From: Amoebidium appalachense
Lineage: Eukaryota; Protista; Ichthyosporea
Assembly: GCA_963693365.1 (NCBI GenBank)
Contig: CAVNZM010000006.1
Location: forward strand, 4,319,264 to 4,383,263
Reading direction: 5' to 3'
DNA: 64,000 bases
Shown one piece after another: positions 19,788 to 30,157 of this stretch. The stretch's first letter is position 1, and every line of letters begins with the position of its first letter. A program made the position numbers and the translations under genes. The notes under the pieces are model-generated. The model was not told the DNA's origin and searched no databases. It saw only the letters and a list, made by a program, of their open reading frames with translations.

Positions 19788-20171
19788 TTACTCAAGCACC
19801 CGCCCGGGGTTCAGCAGCACCAGGGCCTCCTTGGGCCCGCCCTGGGCCTTGCTGCCCCGCACGTACCAGCCGTCCACGCCGAACGCCTGGCACAGCGTGC
19901 GTGCGCGGCGCTGCTGCACGGCCGTCAGCTTCGTGCGCTGCGAGAGCGCCAGCAGGAGCTGCTTCTCGGGGCTGGGCTGCCCGAGGTCGGGGAGGAGCAG
20001 CGTGATGTCGGTCTTGACGGTGTACTGGACGGCATGGACGCCCCTCTTCGCGAGGTGCGTGCCGTTGCTGAGGATGCGGGCGCCCTTACGGATAGCGAGG
20101 GTGACGTTGCCGTTGAAGTGGCGGGAGTTGCACATCTTGCGGTCGAGACACAACCCGTTCGGTGCGGGCAT
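19788..20171 (-). CDS. Hypothetical protein (possible ART-like fold)
   Basis: G..L.HG-like start, YTVKTDITLL, GVDGWY...EALVLLNP. Confidence 0.5.
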   Translation of the reverse strand: MPAPNGLCLDRKMCNSRHFNGNVTLAIRKGARILSNGTHLAKRGVHAVQYTVKTDITLLLPDLGQPSPEKQLLLALSQRTKLTAVQQRRARTLCQAFGVDGWYVRGSKAQGGPKEALVLLNPGRVLE

Positions 20172-20257
20172 TTACGAGGGGCTTGCATTATGTGAGGTGC
20201 TTTCGGCTTGGCACGCTGCGGCTGTTGGTTTTTGCACATCAAGGGCTTCCTGGCGAA

Positions 20258-20267
20258 GGTATAAAAG
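20258..20267 (+). promoter_or_regulatory. TATA-box motif GGTATAAAAG
   Basis: Exact motif upstream of ATG 20302. Confidence 0.7.
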
Positions 20268-20301
20268 GCCAACACACTCCCACAGGAGCTCAGTCTGCAA
20301 C

Positions 20302-20829
20302 ATGGAGTTCCCAACATCTTCTACTGACTCCAAGACCATGACTGGGAGAGGCGACATCGACCTTGATAGTGACGAAGACTACTTCCGGCTTCGCATTGCA
20401 TCCCTGCCATCAGAAGCTTCTCCTGACATGCGCTTGGATGAGTGCGAGTATGGCCGTAGGCTTGCACGCGAGGTGTCCCATGATGCCGTGATCATGTTGT
20501 GGCACAAACACCAAAAATTTGAACACCGCTTCAACCCGGGCTACTGGAACAGTTTTTTCAAGTGGCACATGAATGTGGACCCGGGGCTCCCAGTGTACAA
20601 CTCCCTCAGCGACGTGGAGTTGGCTCTGCGCACCGCCGTCTGTCGTCTGCACAAAGTGTCTTCACTGAACTGTCTGACCTACAACCAGCTCTACAACGTG
20701 CTGAAGCGGCTTGCCGTGATGAGATGTGCTCCAGCACAGAAGTTTGAGTTGCAGCTTGTCTTCGGCGACAAGCTTTCCAATGCACCAGCAGTCAAACGTG
20801 ACCGCGCCACTGGGCTGGGGAGCATGTAA
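20302..20829 (+). CDS. Hypothetical protein
   Basis: 3' part of ORF 19531-20829; TATA motif and ctgcaacATG context similar to gene 1125. Confidence 0.65.
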   Translation: MEFPTSSTDSKTMTGRGDIDLDSDEDYFRLRIASLPSEASPDMRLDECEYGRRLAREVSHDAVIMLWHKHQKFEHRFNPGYWNSFFKWHMNVDPGLPVYNSLSDVELALRTAVCRLHKVSSLNCLTYNQLYNVLKRLAVMRCAPAQKFELQLVFGDKLSNAPAVKRDRATGLGSM

Positions 20830-21529
20830 GAGCTGCTTCCAGCACCGCGTTTATGACGTCTTCAACTCTAAAGCCTTCGCCGTGTGGATTGTATTTGATA
20901 ACCGTCAAGCCCTTGCTCTTGAGAAAGGCATCTCGTGTCTGTTCGTATTTCTCATCCCTGTCTTTATGACCATGTTCGTCACATTCTACCACAAGCCCCA
21001 AAGAAGCATAATACAAATCGACCCTATAACTGCCGATGTAGACTTCTCGTTTTCCGTGTAGACAAGCAGTTGCACGCATGACCATTTCAATTGTTTCACT
21101 TTCTATGCATGTTGCTTTTGAATTTGGTATCCATGTTAGCATAACGTCACGGAGCCTAAAGAGGTCAAGATACAATTGCTTGTGCTTGTTGGCCATCTTG
21201 CTGGACAAGATTCCATAGGCAAGTATCTGTCTGGATGTTTGGGCATCTGTGACCGGTGTTGGATATCCTCTTCCAGCCCCTGCCACAGAGTTGAAATAAA
21301 AAGGCTCGCCTACACGGCCTTTGTACCTCTTGAAGCCTTTAAATACATCACGAGAACGTTGTGTCGTTCGTCCGGTAATCGGGTTATTCATTCGCAGTTT
21401 ATGGATAACATAATCGGGCGGCATGCCAAGCACGCTGAGGAGGTCGTTGACAAATATGCCGCCATCCTCACACACACGTACCTTTATGCCCAGAAGGACT
21501 GCGTGTTTGAACTCCTTCATGTCATACAT
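20792..21529 (-). CDS. Bro-like N-terminus plus Vsr/DUF559-like endonuclease
   Basis: IESETI...YRVDLYY...LVVECDEHGHKDRD..YE..R....IKYNP; lower GC than flanks. Confidence 0.75.
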   Translation of the reverse strand: MYDMKEFKHAVLLGIKVRVCEDGGIFVNDLLSVLGMPPDYVIHKLRMNNPITGRTTQRSRDVFKGFKRYKGRVGEPFYFNSVAGAGRGYPTPVTDAQTSRQILAYGILSSKMANKHKQLYLDLFRLRDVMLTWIPNSKATCIESETIEMVMRATACLHGKREVYIGSYRVDLYYASLGLVVECDEHGHKDRDEKYEQTRDAFLKSKGLTVIKYNPHGEGFRVEDVINAVLEAALTCSPAQWRGHV

Positions 21530-21553
21530 GGTGTAAGATAATTTTAAAAACCG

Positions 21554-21682
21554 CTAGGCAAAGTACCCGTTCAGTTCGTTCAGCAGGTTCAGCAGCATGG
21601 CCGCAAACAGCACGAACGTGGCAATCAGTCGCGCGTACTTGAGCTTGTAGTCAAACGTCCATTGGTCGGGCAGGAGCTTCAT
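21554..21682 (-). CDS. 42-aa single-TM microprotein
   Basis: MKLLPDQWTFDYKLKYARLIATFVLFAAMLLNLLNELNGYFA*; strong GC3; below the ORF-track cutoff. Confidence 0.45.
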   Translation of the reverse strand: MKLLPDQWTFDYKLKYARLIATFVLFAAMLLNLLNELNGYFA

Positions 21683-21732
21683 GTTGCTTCAGCCCCCTAT
21701 TTTATTGCCTGGTTGCCCCGTCCCCACCCCCC

Positions 21733-22875
21733 TTACCCCTCCTTCGTCTCCTTGCCCTGGTTCAACATCTCCGCCAGCCTTCGCTTGCGCGCCTGCATGC
21801 GCGTGCGCGTCTCCTGGTCCACGTAGTCGTCGTCGTCCGAGGTCTCGACGTCCTCGCCGGCCGCCCGGCGTGACTCGCGGTCGGTGACGTAGGCGCCGTA
21901 GAGGTCCGTGATGACCCGTGCGTCCTTGTTGATGGGATGCGGGAACCCGGCCACCAGCTCCGGCAGCCGCGGCGTGCACTTCTGCACGCGCACGCGCACG
22001 TACTGCACGCGGAGCATCTCGTAGCGCGCGAGCAGCGTCTCGTGGTCGTCCTTGAGCTTGTTGAACTGGATCTCCTTCTGCTGCAGCGCGGCCACGCGGG
22101 CGTTGAGGTGGCGGATGTGCTCGACGTAGCGCTCGCACTCTGGGTTGCTGCGCTTCATCTTCTCCAGTTGGTCCTTGAGCAGCTCGTTCTCGCGCTTGGC
22201 CGCGTGCAGCTGGCCCTTGTCCTCCACCGTCTCCTTGAGCGACTTGTAGTTGGCCCGCAGCTCCACCAGCTCGCGGTTGTTGGTCTCGGCGTTCTGGATG
22301 GACTCGCGTGCCTCGCGCAGGTCCAGCATGATCGCACGGGCGGTGGACTCGTCCACGCCCTTGCGCTGCAGCGTGCTCTGGTCGCCGATGCCCTGCAGGA
22401 TGTGCACCAACACGTTGGCAATCTCGCGTGTGAGCGCGCCGTTGCTGCGGTTGGTCCCGTTCAGCTGCTCGCGGAACCGGGACATGTCAATGGGCAAATT
22501 CCACACGACCTCCTTCGAGTCCTTGTTTATATTCCCGTCCTTGTCCAAAGTGGGCATGTCCGAAAACGCCAGCTCCACAGCCATTGTAGCAGTGGAGCTG
22601 TCACTGGCAAATGATTGCAGGGCAGTTTCGATGGCCGGCGGGAGTTTGTTGTAGATGTCGCCTATCACTTTCTGGTGGCTCGAGATGACGGCGTTGTTTT
22701 GGTTCAACAGCTTGGCGATCATATCGGTTACACTCTTGATGTCCTGTGTTTGCACGATGCCACTCGGCCCTCCACCCCCAAACTTCAATTTCGTGAGGAT
22801 CTCTATAGCCCTGTTAAGATCATCCTGGCTCATGCTCATTTGCTCTTGTCCCACATAATGCAGCTTTGGCCACAC
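21733..22875 (-). CDS. Coiled-coil protein
   Basis: Long heptad-rich E/K/L/R region; strong GC3. Confidence 0.7.
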   Translation of the reverse strand: MWPKLHYVGQEQMSMSQDDLNRAIEILTKLKFGGGGPSGIVQTQDIKSVTDMIAKLLNQNNAVISSHQKVIGDIYNKLPPAIETALQSFASDSSTATMAVELAFSDMPTLDKDGNINKDSKEVVWNLPIDMSRFREQLNGTNRSNGALTREIANVLVHILQGIGDQSTLQRKGVDESTARAIMLDLREARESIQNAETNNRELVELRANYKSLKETVEDKGQLHAAKRENELLKDQLEKMKRSNPECERYVEHIRHLNARVAALQQKEIQFNKLKDDHETLLARYEMLRVQYVRVRVQKCTPRLPELVAGFPHPINKDARVITDLYGAYVTDRESRRAAGEDVETSDDDDYVDQETRTRMQARKRRLAEMLNQGKETKEG

Positions 22876-22902
22876 CCCACCGCATTATTCCCTCGGTCAA
22901 CA

Positions 22903-23133
22903 ATGTCCGCGCTCGCCAACGTGATGATGTTTGTCTTCTGGGCGCTCGTCGTCGGCTCCATGGCCGGGTTCATGAGCCTGTACAGCGCCATGACGAAGGA
23001 GAAGTGCGTCGAGGCCGCCGTGAAGAACAGGTACGAGGCCTCGAACACTGCCGTGATGGTGGCCCTGGTGGTCACCGTGTTTGCGTACCTCATCTACGGC
23101 GTGTACGCGTCGGCCTCCTCCGCGCAGGTATAA
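22903..23133 (+). CDS. Small two-TM membrane protein
   Basis: MSALANVMMFVFWALVVG...AVMVALVVTVFAYLIYGVY. Confidence 0.65.
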   Translation: MSALANVMMFVFWALVVGSMAGFMSLYSAMTKEKCVEAAVKNRYEASNTAVMVALVVTVFAYLIYGVYASASSAQV

Positions 23134-23170
23134 AGGGAGCTCGTCCGCAATTGTTGCGCCCAGTCTCAGT

Positions 23171-23563
23171 ATGGGTGCCGTCGCCTCGCAGCCCATCGTG
23201 TGCGCGCCGGTGCAGACCTTCTTCGTCACCACGGACGCCGACTGCTCACCCGTCCTCGTCACCAACCGCCTCATGGGCACGCTGACCGTGGACTCGACCC
23301 GCGTGACCGTGTGGGCGTCCACGCGCCCGCTCTACTTTCTGCCCACCACGGGCCTCAAGGCCATGCCCCCGGACCAGTACCTGCCGGCGGCCGTGCAGCA
23401 CGGCTGCGACGCACTGCTGGCGAACCGGCTGGTGCTGGGGGGCGACCCCGAGTCGCTGGGGCTCGTGCGCCTGGCCGACATGACGCCGCGCGAGTTCAAG
23501 CAGTACCGGCCGATCTTCGTGTCCGGCACCGTCACCACGTCCATCACCGTGCCGCAGCTCTAG
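23171..23563 (+). CDS. Hypothetical protein
   Basis: Strong GC3; GGTATAAAG near 23127 upstream. Confidence 0.6.
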   Translation: MGAVASQPIVCAPVQTFFVTTDADCSPVLVTNRLMGTLTVDSTRVTVWASTRPLYFLPTTGLKAMPPDQYLPAAVQHGCDALLANRLVLGGDPESLGLVRLADMTPREFKQYRPIFVSGTVTTSITVPQL

Positions 23564-24221
23564 GCGTCATAGTCTCGCACCACGCCAGGTCCTTGAGGAA
23601 CAGCCCCATGTTGAAGTACTGCACCAGGCTGTTGAGTCCCGCCAGGAACGGCCGCCGAAACATCGGGTTGCCGGCCATCCCCGGCACCGGGTGGTTCCAG
23701 CGCGACTTGAGCGCCACCTCGAACACCTCGTCCGCGAGGAACCACTGCATGTTGCGCTTCTCCAGGAAGTCGTACTTGACGCGCAGCGTGCCGTCGCGCA
23801 CCTCCGTCGACCCCGGCAGAGCCAGCTGGCCTGCCGACAGCGCCTGGCGCGCAGCCCGGAACCGGTGCGGCAGGTGCGGGTCAAATGGGATCTGCACCAT
23901 ATACGTAATAAAGTAGCGGTTCTGACCGGCCGCTCCCGCAAACTGGAGCACGTACGCCCGGTCCCGCAGGATGCCCTCGAGCATCGGGCGGGGGATCACA
24001 GTGTCCAGTGTCTCCTCGTAGAACTCCATGACCGTGGTCTCCTCCACGGTCAGGCCCGCCTTGAGCCTCCCGCCAAACACCCCGTACCTCCCGTCACTGT
24101 CCTCCTGTCCGAGGAGGAACAGCACGCGGCGGTCGTGCACGGCGTAGGGCAGCACGCCGGCGCCGATGATGCGACAGTCATCGTCGTGGTAGGGGATGCA
24201 CATGTCCAGGACTTTCATCAA
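23544..24221 (-). CDS. Nudix hydrolase
   Basis: GAGVLPY...FLLGQE...FGGRLKAGLTVEETTVMEFYEETL (degenerate Nudix box). Confidence 0.8.
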   Translation of the reverse strand: MMKVLDMCIPYHDDDCRIIGAGVLPYAVHDRRVLFLLGQEDSDGRYGVFGGRLKAGLTVEETTVMEFYEETLDTVIPRPMLEGILRDRAYVLQFAGAAGQNRYFITYMVQIPFDPHLPHRFRAARQALSAGQLALPGSTEVRDGTLRVKYDFLEKRNMQWFLADEVFEVALKSRWNHPVPGMAGNPMFRRPFLAGLNSLVQYFNMGLFLKDLAWCETMTPRAAAR

Positions 24222-24295
24222 GTGGAGGGGAGATAATCTGGGGTGGGGTCGGTGCCAAACTCACAAAGGGGGTCAAACGGATTCACCCGCTATTC

Positions 24296-24412
24296 GATCT
24301 GATTGGTCGAAAACGGCCAAGATCGATCGAGCCCGGGATTTCACACTCTGACCAATCAGAGCGCGCAGAAATTCAAAGCCAGTGCTCCGATGTTTCAGCC
24401 AATCAGAGCGCC
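24296..24412. promoter_or_regulatory. Cluster of CCAATCAGA (CCAAT-box-like) motifs in intergenic DNA
   Basis: ctgattggtc, accaatcagagcgc, gccaatcagagcgc. Confidence 0.45.
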
Positions 24413-24643
24413 CCACATTAGATCACGAGACCCAGCCAGTCTGTTTCAACTCATTCGCAAATATCTTTATTTATTTTGAGAGTGGCCAGGTGCGCTCCAA
24501 ATAAAAAAAATGCAATGCAATCCCGTTGCACCAAACTTGCATCCCGGGCCCCGAATTTTACACACCTGGCCAGCCAGATGATACAAAACACACCCGAACC
24601 CGCCATCCCCACAGCAGCCCTGCCAATTGTTGGGGATGACAGG

Positions 24644-25537
24644 CTACCCCAGCACGTGCTCCTCCAGGAAGCGCACGGGGTACACCTTGACCGGGCGCAG
24701 GTCCCCCTGCACCATCTTCAACGTCTCCTCGGGCTCGCAGCCCTCCTGCTCGCGCCACGTGCGTGCGAGCATCCGGCCGACCGTGCTGCTGGACCTGTCT
24801 GTGATGCCTCGGTCGACGAGGAACTTGGCCACGGTCACGTACCCGCCGATCGCAGACTCCTCCATGGCCGTGCTAGTTCGGGTAGGGACAAGGATGTTGG
24901 CAAGGGTGTCGTTGAGCAGCATGCGCATGCGTGGGTCCCTATCGAGGCCAAAGTCTTCCAGCAGGCCACGGTACATGGTGATATTTTCCATCTCCAGGCG
25001 CCTGACCTCCGCCTCCTCCCGGCGCAGACGCAGCCGACGCTCCTCCTCCAGCTCCTCGCGGCGCCGCTTGCGGTCGGGGGTCTCGTCGGTGCCGTTGCGG
25101 AAGAACTCACGCTCCTCGGGGGTGCTGGCGTCGTAGCGCGCCTCAATCTCGGGGATGAGGGAGACGTCGCCGGAAAGCAGCCGGGCTATGTAGGTGGCAC
25201 ACGTCCTGCGGAACTCGTGGGCGCGCTTGCCGGGAAGCAGGAAGATGATCTCGAGGAGGACACGGAAGGGGGCGATTGGGGTGGGCTTTCCAACCCCATT
25301 GATCTGGGCGTCCTCAGCCTCGCTGAGGATGTCAACAACACTATGGTCCTTTGATTTCTTGATCTGTGACCATGCCTCGTACATCGCCGCCTTTCCAATC
25401 ACCATTGAAATCACATCTAGGACACTTGCCATGTTCTTGTCTCTGTCAATGCGCATAGTGCAACCTTTGAACTGCGGGAACTCCCTCCAAAGGTCCTGAA
25501 GCCACATGTCGCCTTTTTTGTTCTGCTCGCCAGCCAT
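24644..25537 (-). CDS. Bro-N-like DNA-binding protein with coiled coil
   Basis: ASVLDVI...INGVGKPTPIAP...LPGKRAHEFRR...RLLSGDVSLIPEIE; TATA motif at 25574-25583. Confidence 0.75.
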   Translation of the reverse strand: MAGEQNKKGDMWLQDLWREFPQFKGCTMRIDRDKNMASVLDVISMVIGKAAMYEAWSQIKKSKDHSVVDILSEAEDAQINGVGKPTPIAPFRVLLEIIFLLPGKRAHEFRRTCATYIARLLSGDVSLIPEIEARYDASTPEEREFFRNGTDETPDRKRRREELEEERRLRLRREEAEVRRLEMENITMYRGLLEDFGLDRDPRMRMLLNDTLANILVPTRTSTAMEESAIGGYVTVAKFLVDRGITDRSSSTVGRMLARTWREQEGCEPEETLKMVQGDLRPVKVYPVRFLEEHVLG

Positions 25538-25729
25538 GCTGTGTCCGACTGGCCTCCTCTGCCGCGCGCTGCTCTTTTATACCTTCAGACCAGGAGAACG
25601 GGAGCCCCGACGCTCGGCACGGTTGGTGTCGGCCTCCCAGGCTGCCAGCCGCTTGTCGTAGAGTAAACTGCATCAACACGGAAAGTGCGCCGGACGTGCA
25701 CATGTAGCAATCTTTTTGGGGTCCCGGGT

Positions 25730-27871
25730 ATGGCGAATATTCTGGAGGATCTGGACTTGGTGGAAAACATGGAGGACGAGGACACGGACAGCATGGAGGA
25801 CGAGGGCACGGACAGCATGGAGGACGAGGACACGGACCCCTTCTCAGATGCGTATTTTGAATTCCTGGAAGCTGCAGGGGTTGTTGAGCCTGGCACGACG
25901 GTCGACGACTGGTTCTGCGCCGACCCGGCAGACATAAGTGCGCTCCGGACAGGTAGAAACTGGTGGCCGAACAAGCGCGCGGTTCAGGAGGCCGTGGACA
26001 ACGGCACGGTGCAGCGGGCGATTGAGCGCCTGCAACAGCAGGGCCTGGAAATGCCCGAAGGACGGGGGATGGAAGACCTAATAATTGAAACGCTGGTGTT
26101 CATGCGCGTGGCCCGCCAGGCACTCTCCGAGTCTGGGATGGTGCGAAAGGTGTCAACCTTGTGGGGTGGGGAGCCTGAGAACCGCGACCCCTACATACGC
26201 GAAAATCTGGAAGATCTGGTGAGCCCCGCCGTGCGCGAAGAGGTAAAGGCGGCCAAGCGCAATGGGGACGAGAATGCCATTCAAAATATTATGGATGATC
26301 CGGAAATCCGCGCCCAGATCACAGACGCGCTGTGGTGCAGGGCTGCTCGCAGGGCCAATCGTCTCAAGCGCCTGGAAACAGCTCTGTACATGTCCGAGGG
26401 GCTCACCAAGAGAGAGTACATATTCAGGTACGCAGATGAGTTGTTTCCCTCGTACGCCGCGGCACGGATACGTGATATACCAATGGGTGATAACGAAGCA
26501 TGGGAAAGGGCCGTCGAAACTGAAATGCTAGACGAAGCTGTGGTGGAGGAAGTCCGAAAGAAACTTATGAAACGCGCCACCAGTATTGGCGGCAAATATG
26601 TCGGAATCTTCCAGTTGGCTCTAAACGAGATGATAGCAAGCCACGGTGGCGTCATTCCAAACATGCAACAACGTCCCCACAATGGCGATGTTGAAATGGG
26701 TGAAGAACCCGAAGCCCCGGATTCGGATTCGATGCCCCAGGCTCCATCTGGTAGCACTGCACCGGTGTCCGGGTCTGCCATGGATCTTTCGCACGCGGAG
26801 GGCGATGAAGATGATGCGAACATTTTCGAATGGACCGCACAAGGCCTTGTCAAACTATTCGCTACGTTGACCGCTGACTCTCCGCACCAGGCGAATCGGC
26901 TTTGTTATGAGCACAAGTGGGAGCTTGTTGACAAGTTTGAGTTGTTCGCGCGCGGTGCGCTCGAGATCGCCAGACGACGTCAAATGAAAGAAGATTTGGG
27001 CAAAATGCTGAAGGCAGATTTGGACGCAGAAGAGGCAGACGCTAAAGACGAAGAGGACGAGGAGGACCGCGCCTTTGTGGTCCCTGATGACGACCCGGAG
27101 GTGCAGCCACCAGACAGCGATGCATCCGACACCCTTTCCGACGAGCTCCGCGACCTGAGGGCTGCGGTACAGATTGCACAACCCGAGACCAGGATCGAAG
27201 CCGTGAGGCAGGTTCTTGACTGGCTGGCGAGACAGCCGAACGGGGTGTACCACCCACCGCCGCCACGGATGCTGTTCCACAGGTTGCCGTCTCCATTGGA
27301 CCTGTCAGACTGGCTCACCCGGACGATTTCTCCCATGGATGAAGAGGACATGAGGATCCCAGAAGGGGTTTACAACGCGCTGCAGAAGTGGATCAGGTAC
27401 ACGAAACTTAGACGCCTAGAAGCCCTGCGCGCAAATTTCAGACCGGCCCCGTCGACCGCGGAGTTAGAGGCATACGTAGAGAGAATGTACAGGGCGATCA
27501 ACGGCTTGCTCCCGGATCGCTTCCACAACCACACTAATGATTGGACGGGACGGTTTGATGCCTACCCCAGCGAAACAGCAGCCATCATACTCCTTTCTGG
27601 GGCAGAACCCCGGGGGGATCCATTGGCGGCGGCAGACGGCGACCCCATATTTGCGAGGATGCTCATCATCGCCGCAGGGGTCCAGGGATTGCACGATGCA
27701 GGGGTTTTTAAGTTTACAGGTGTGGAGTCGCCGGTTAGACCGGTGGTTGAAGACTTGCCATTAGGACCGGCTGGCAATACCCGGTGGACGCGGTCTGGAA
27801 CAAGGCATGCCCTGAGGACCACCAAAAGCCAAAGGAGACAACTCAGGCATTACAGGCCACCCGGGCAGTAA
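25730..27871 (+). CDS. Large acidic hypothetical protein
   Basis: Open frame over 700 aa; 3 x 24-bp repeat (MEDEDTDS) near the N-terminus. Confidence 0.7.
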   Translation: MANILEDLDLVENMEDEDTDSMEDEGTDSMEDEDTDPFSDAYFEFLEAAGVVEPGTTVDDWFCADPADISALRTGRNWWPNKRAVQEAVDNGTVQRAIERLQQQGLEMPEGRGMEDLIIETLVFMRVARQALSESGMVRKVSTLWGGEPENRDPYIRENLEDLVSPAVREEVKAAKRNGDENAIQNIMDDPEIRAQITDALWCRAARRANRLKRLETALYMSEGLTKREYIFRYADELFPSYAAARIRDIPMGDNEAWERAVETEMLDEAVVEEVRKKLMKRATSIGGKYVGIFQLALNEMIASHGGVIPNMQQRPHNGDVEMGEEPEAPDSDSMPQAPSGSTAPVSGSAMDLSHAEGDEDDANIFEWTAQGLVKLFATLTADSPHQANRLCYEHKWELVDKFELFARGALEIARRRQMKEDLGKMLKADLDAEEADAKDEEDEEDRAFVVPDDDPEVQPPDSDASDTLSDELRDLRAAVQIAQPETRIEAVRQVLDWLARQPNGVYHPPPPRMLFHRLPSPLDLSDWLTRTISPMDEEDMRIPEGVYNALQKWIRYTKLRRLEALRANFRPAPSTAELEAYVERMYRAINGLLPDRFHNHTNDWTGRFDAYPSETAAIILLSGAEPRGDPLAAADGDPIFARMLIIAAGVQGLHDAGVFKFTGVESPVRPVVEDLPLGPAGNTRWTRSGTRHALRTTKSQRRQLRHYRPPGQ

Positions 27872-27977
27872 ACAAGCGGACGGGGAGCAGCTTGTGAACG
27901 AGGTCCGAGAACAAGCGGCGCGCCTCCTCCCCTGAGGGCATCCAAAGGTCAGGAATTGAGGCGGATTGATCCCTGCC

Positions 27978-28343
27978 TCAGCGGAGGACCTCCCCTCTCA
28001 GTGCAGCGGCCAGCCGCGCGAGCCAGGCGGTGCGGTCGTCGCCCAGGCGTGTGGCAAAGTCGGAATAGGACATCTGTGCCGAGAACCATTGACCCTTCTC
28101 CTCGTTCCAGTAGCGCAGGCCGTTAACATTGGAAACTTCCATGCGCGGGCACCGGCCGCATTCGCCAAAACGGGCTGTGTCGGCCTCCCAGCCCGCGGCC
28201 AGGCGCTTGTCGTAAAGCAGGGCGGCACAGGCGGGTGCGTCGCAGGGCGGGTCACGACCGAACACCGTGCGCACCGCATCTCGCAGCGCAAGCGCAAGCA
28301 GGGTGGTCACGCAGAGGGCCATGAGCAGGAGGACCAGCTGCAT
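27978..28343 (-). CDS. Signal-anchored small protein
   Basis: Hydrophobic N-terminus. Confidence 0.55.
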   Translation of the reverse strand: MQLVLLLMALCVTTLLALALRDAVRTVFGRDPPCDAPACAALLYDKRLAAGWEADTARFGECGRCPRMEVSNVNGLRYWNEEKGQWFSAQMSYSDFATRLGDDRTAWLARLAAALRGEVLR

Positions 28344-28391
28344 TGTTACGTCACGGGCGCATTTTGTGCCGGCTTAATCTTCCTGTAGTGC

Positions 28392-28979
28392 ATGCACATC
28401 ACGCACGGCGACCGCTTCGTCAGCCGCAACCTCGCGCTGCTCAGCTGCCCGGTGGAGTGGCCCGAGGACCTGGCCAACACGAGGCACACGGGCATGGGCC
28501 TGCGGTGGCGGCGTGACGGCGACAAGGTCACCGCCATGCTCGGTGAGACACGCATGTACTGGAGGGCGCTGCCCGAGGCCAACGTCGTCACGTTCACCGA
28601 TGACCCGGCGCAGGCGAGCTCTTTTGGGTTCAGCGACTGCCCGCTCCCGCAGCCCAACCACGTTCCTGACACGGGTCTGGCGGGCGTGCGGGTGCGTCTG
28701 CACGAAACAGACTTGCCGGCTCTCCCCCCACCTAGCGCACCGCCCCAGGGCCGCGTGGAGCTCGGCGTGGCCTTCTCCATCGGCGTGCTCGGCGTGGGGC
28801 CCCTGCCCATGCCCTCGTGGTTTGTGTCCTCGGTCGCAGACACGAGCCCCACCATGCAGTATGGGTTCCGCGGCGTCAACCTTGCGCTGTGCCTGCTGCA
28901 CGTGTGGCGCGTGCGCGTGTGCGTGGACCTGTTCCCGTTCCCGGGCCTGACGCTTTTTCTGGCGCTGCTCGAGCTCTGA
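28392..28979 (+). CDS. Hypothetical protein
   Basis: Strong GC3. Confidence 0.55.
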   Translation: MHITHGDRFVSRNLALLSCPVEWPEDLANTRHTGMGLRWRRDGDKVTAMLGETRMYWRALPEANVVTFTDDPAQASSFGFSDCPLPQPNHVPDTGLAGVRVRLHETDLPALPPPSAPPQGRVELGVAFSIGVLGVGPLPMPSWFVSSVADTSPTMQYGFRGVNLALCLLHVWRVRVCVDLFPFPGLTLFLALLEL

Positions 28980-28999
28980 TATTTGGTAGCCATCTATCA

Positions 29000-29395
29000 A
29001 TGCGTGCGCTGCTCCTGTGTCCCCCCCTGCTTGCACTGGTCCTTGCGGCCCCCGAGTGCCTGGTGTTTGCGAGCTCGGCAACCCTTGCGGCAACCACCGC
29101 GCACGTGCCGCCCAGCTCCACTGCCGAAACAAAGACGTGGTGGGCGACCCTGACGCACGTGGAGACCGTTGCAGCCACCACCACAGCCGCCGCCTCGATT
29201 CAAACCATCGAAACCACCTCGGCGTCCGAAACGTCCTCCGACACGGACACCGACGTATTTGAGATCCCCACCTCCATCACTGAAGGCGACCCAACCGACG
29301 AACCCATGCCCACGATGCCCGTGGACCCGCCCGCACCGCCCGCCGGGGTAAACTCGTCCGACTGGGAGTGCCGTTGCACGCTCATCAGACGTTAA
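29000..29395 (+). CDS. Secreted Thr/Ser/Pro-rich mucin-like protein
   Basis: MRALLLCPPLLALVLA signal peptide then T/S/P-rich. Confidence 0.55.
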   Translation: MRALLLCPPLLALVLAAPECLVFASSATLAATTAHVPPSSTAETKTWWATLTHVETVAATTTAAASIQTIETTSASETSSDTDTDVFEIPTSITEGDPTDEPMPTMPVDPPAPPAGVNSSDWECRCTLIRR

Positions 29396-29475
29396 TCATT
29401 TCTCGGAAAACCAGAGTTGGCCTGTCCATTCTTTGTTTTGTTCAGCCACGCCAGCTTTTAATTTGCGCAAGAAGA

Positions 29476-29979
29476 ATGGACTTGTCAAATGCGATTGCCT
29501 TAATCATTCTAATGCTTACTATCGGTGTGTTGGCATGGGCATACATCAAGTACGAACCCAAACCTGCCCCTGGCAAAAACGACAGTACCCCTAAGCCTGG
29601 CCCCGGCAAAAACGACAGTACCCCTGCAGTCGCACGGACACAGTGGTATGCTTTCGACCAAGTGGGGGACCACAGCACGGACAACACGTTTAACGACTGG
29701 CAAGACCCGGTGAACTATGGGTACACGTCGGCCAGTCAGTGCATTAACCGATGCCAATCTATGAGCGGATGCCAACAGGTGGGCTATTCGCCATGGCAGG
29801 ATATGGACGGGAAGCGGCCAAAAGGCTATTGCTACATGAGAAAAGCCGTCAAGAAATGGCCGTTGGATGCGTGGTCAAACAAGTCCGGTGTGGCTGCATC
29901 GGAATCGCAGGTCACGTATGTGATGGCCGCACAAGTGCCGGAGAGCGAGAAGCAACATGGCAAGCTGGTTGAGTTCTAG
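29476..29979 (+). CDS. Membrane-anchored protein with PAN/apple-like domain
   Basis: N-terminal TM, PKPxPGKNDST x2 stalk, SQCINRCQSMSGCQQVGY...YCYMRK. Confidence 0.6.
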   Translation: MDLSNAIALIILMLTIGVLAWAYIKYEPKPAPGKNDSTPKPGPGKNDSTPAVARTQWYAFDQVGDHSTDNTFNDWQDPVNYGYTSASQCINRCQSMSGCQQVGYSPWQDMDGKRPKGYCYMRKAVKKWPLDAWSNKSGVAASESQVTYVMAAQVPESEKQHGKLVEF

Positions 29980-30157
29980 CATGAATCAGACGAACAAATG
30001 TAAGAAAGGCTGGCATTTCCATTGCCCCCTGGTTTGGGTGCACGCTGCTACAAAGATATTTGGCAACCTTGTTTTTCTTTGTCGTGTATATGGCCAATTT
30101 GATGGCTGTTTGATCTTGTGTCTAGAGCTGGCTTCTTTTTTATTGTGCCCCAATGTA

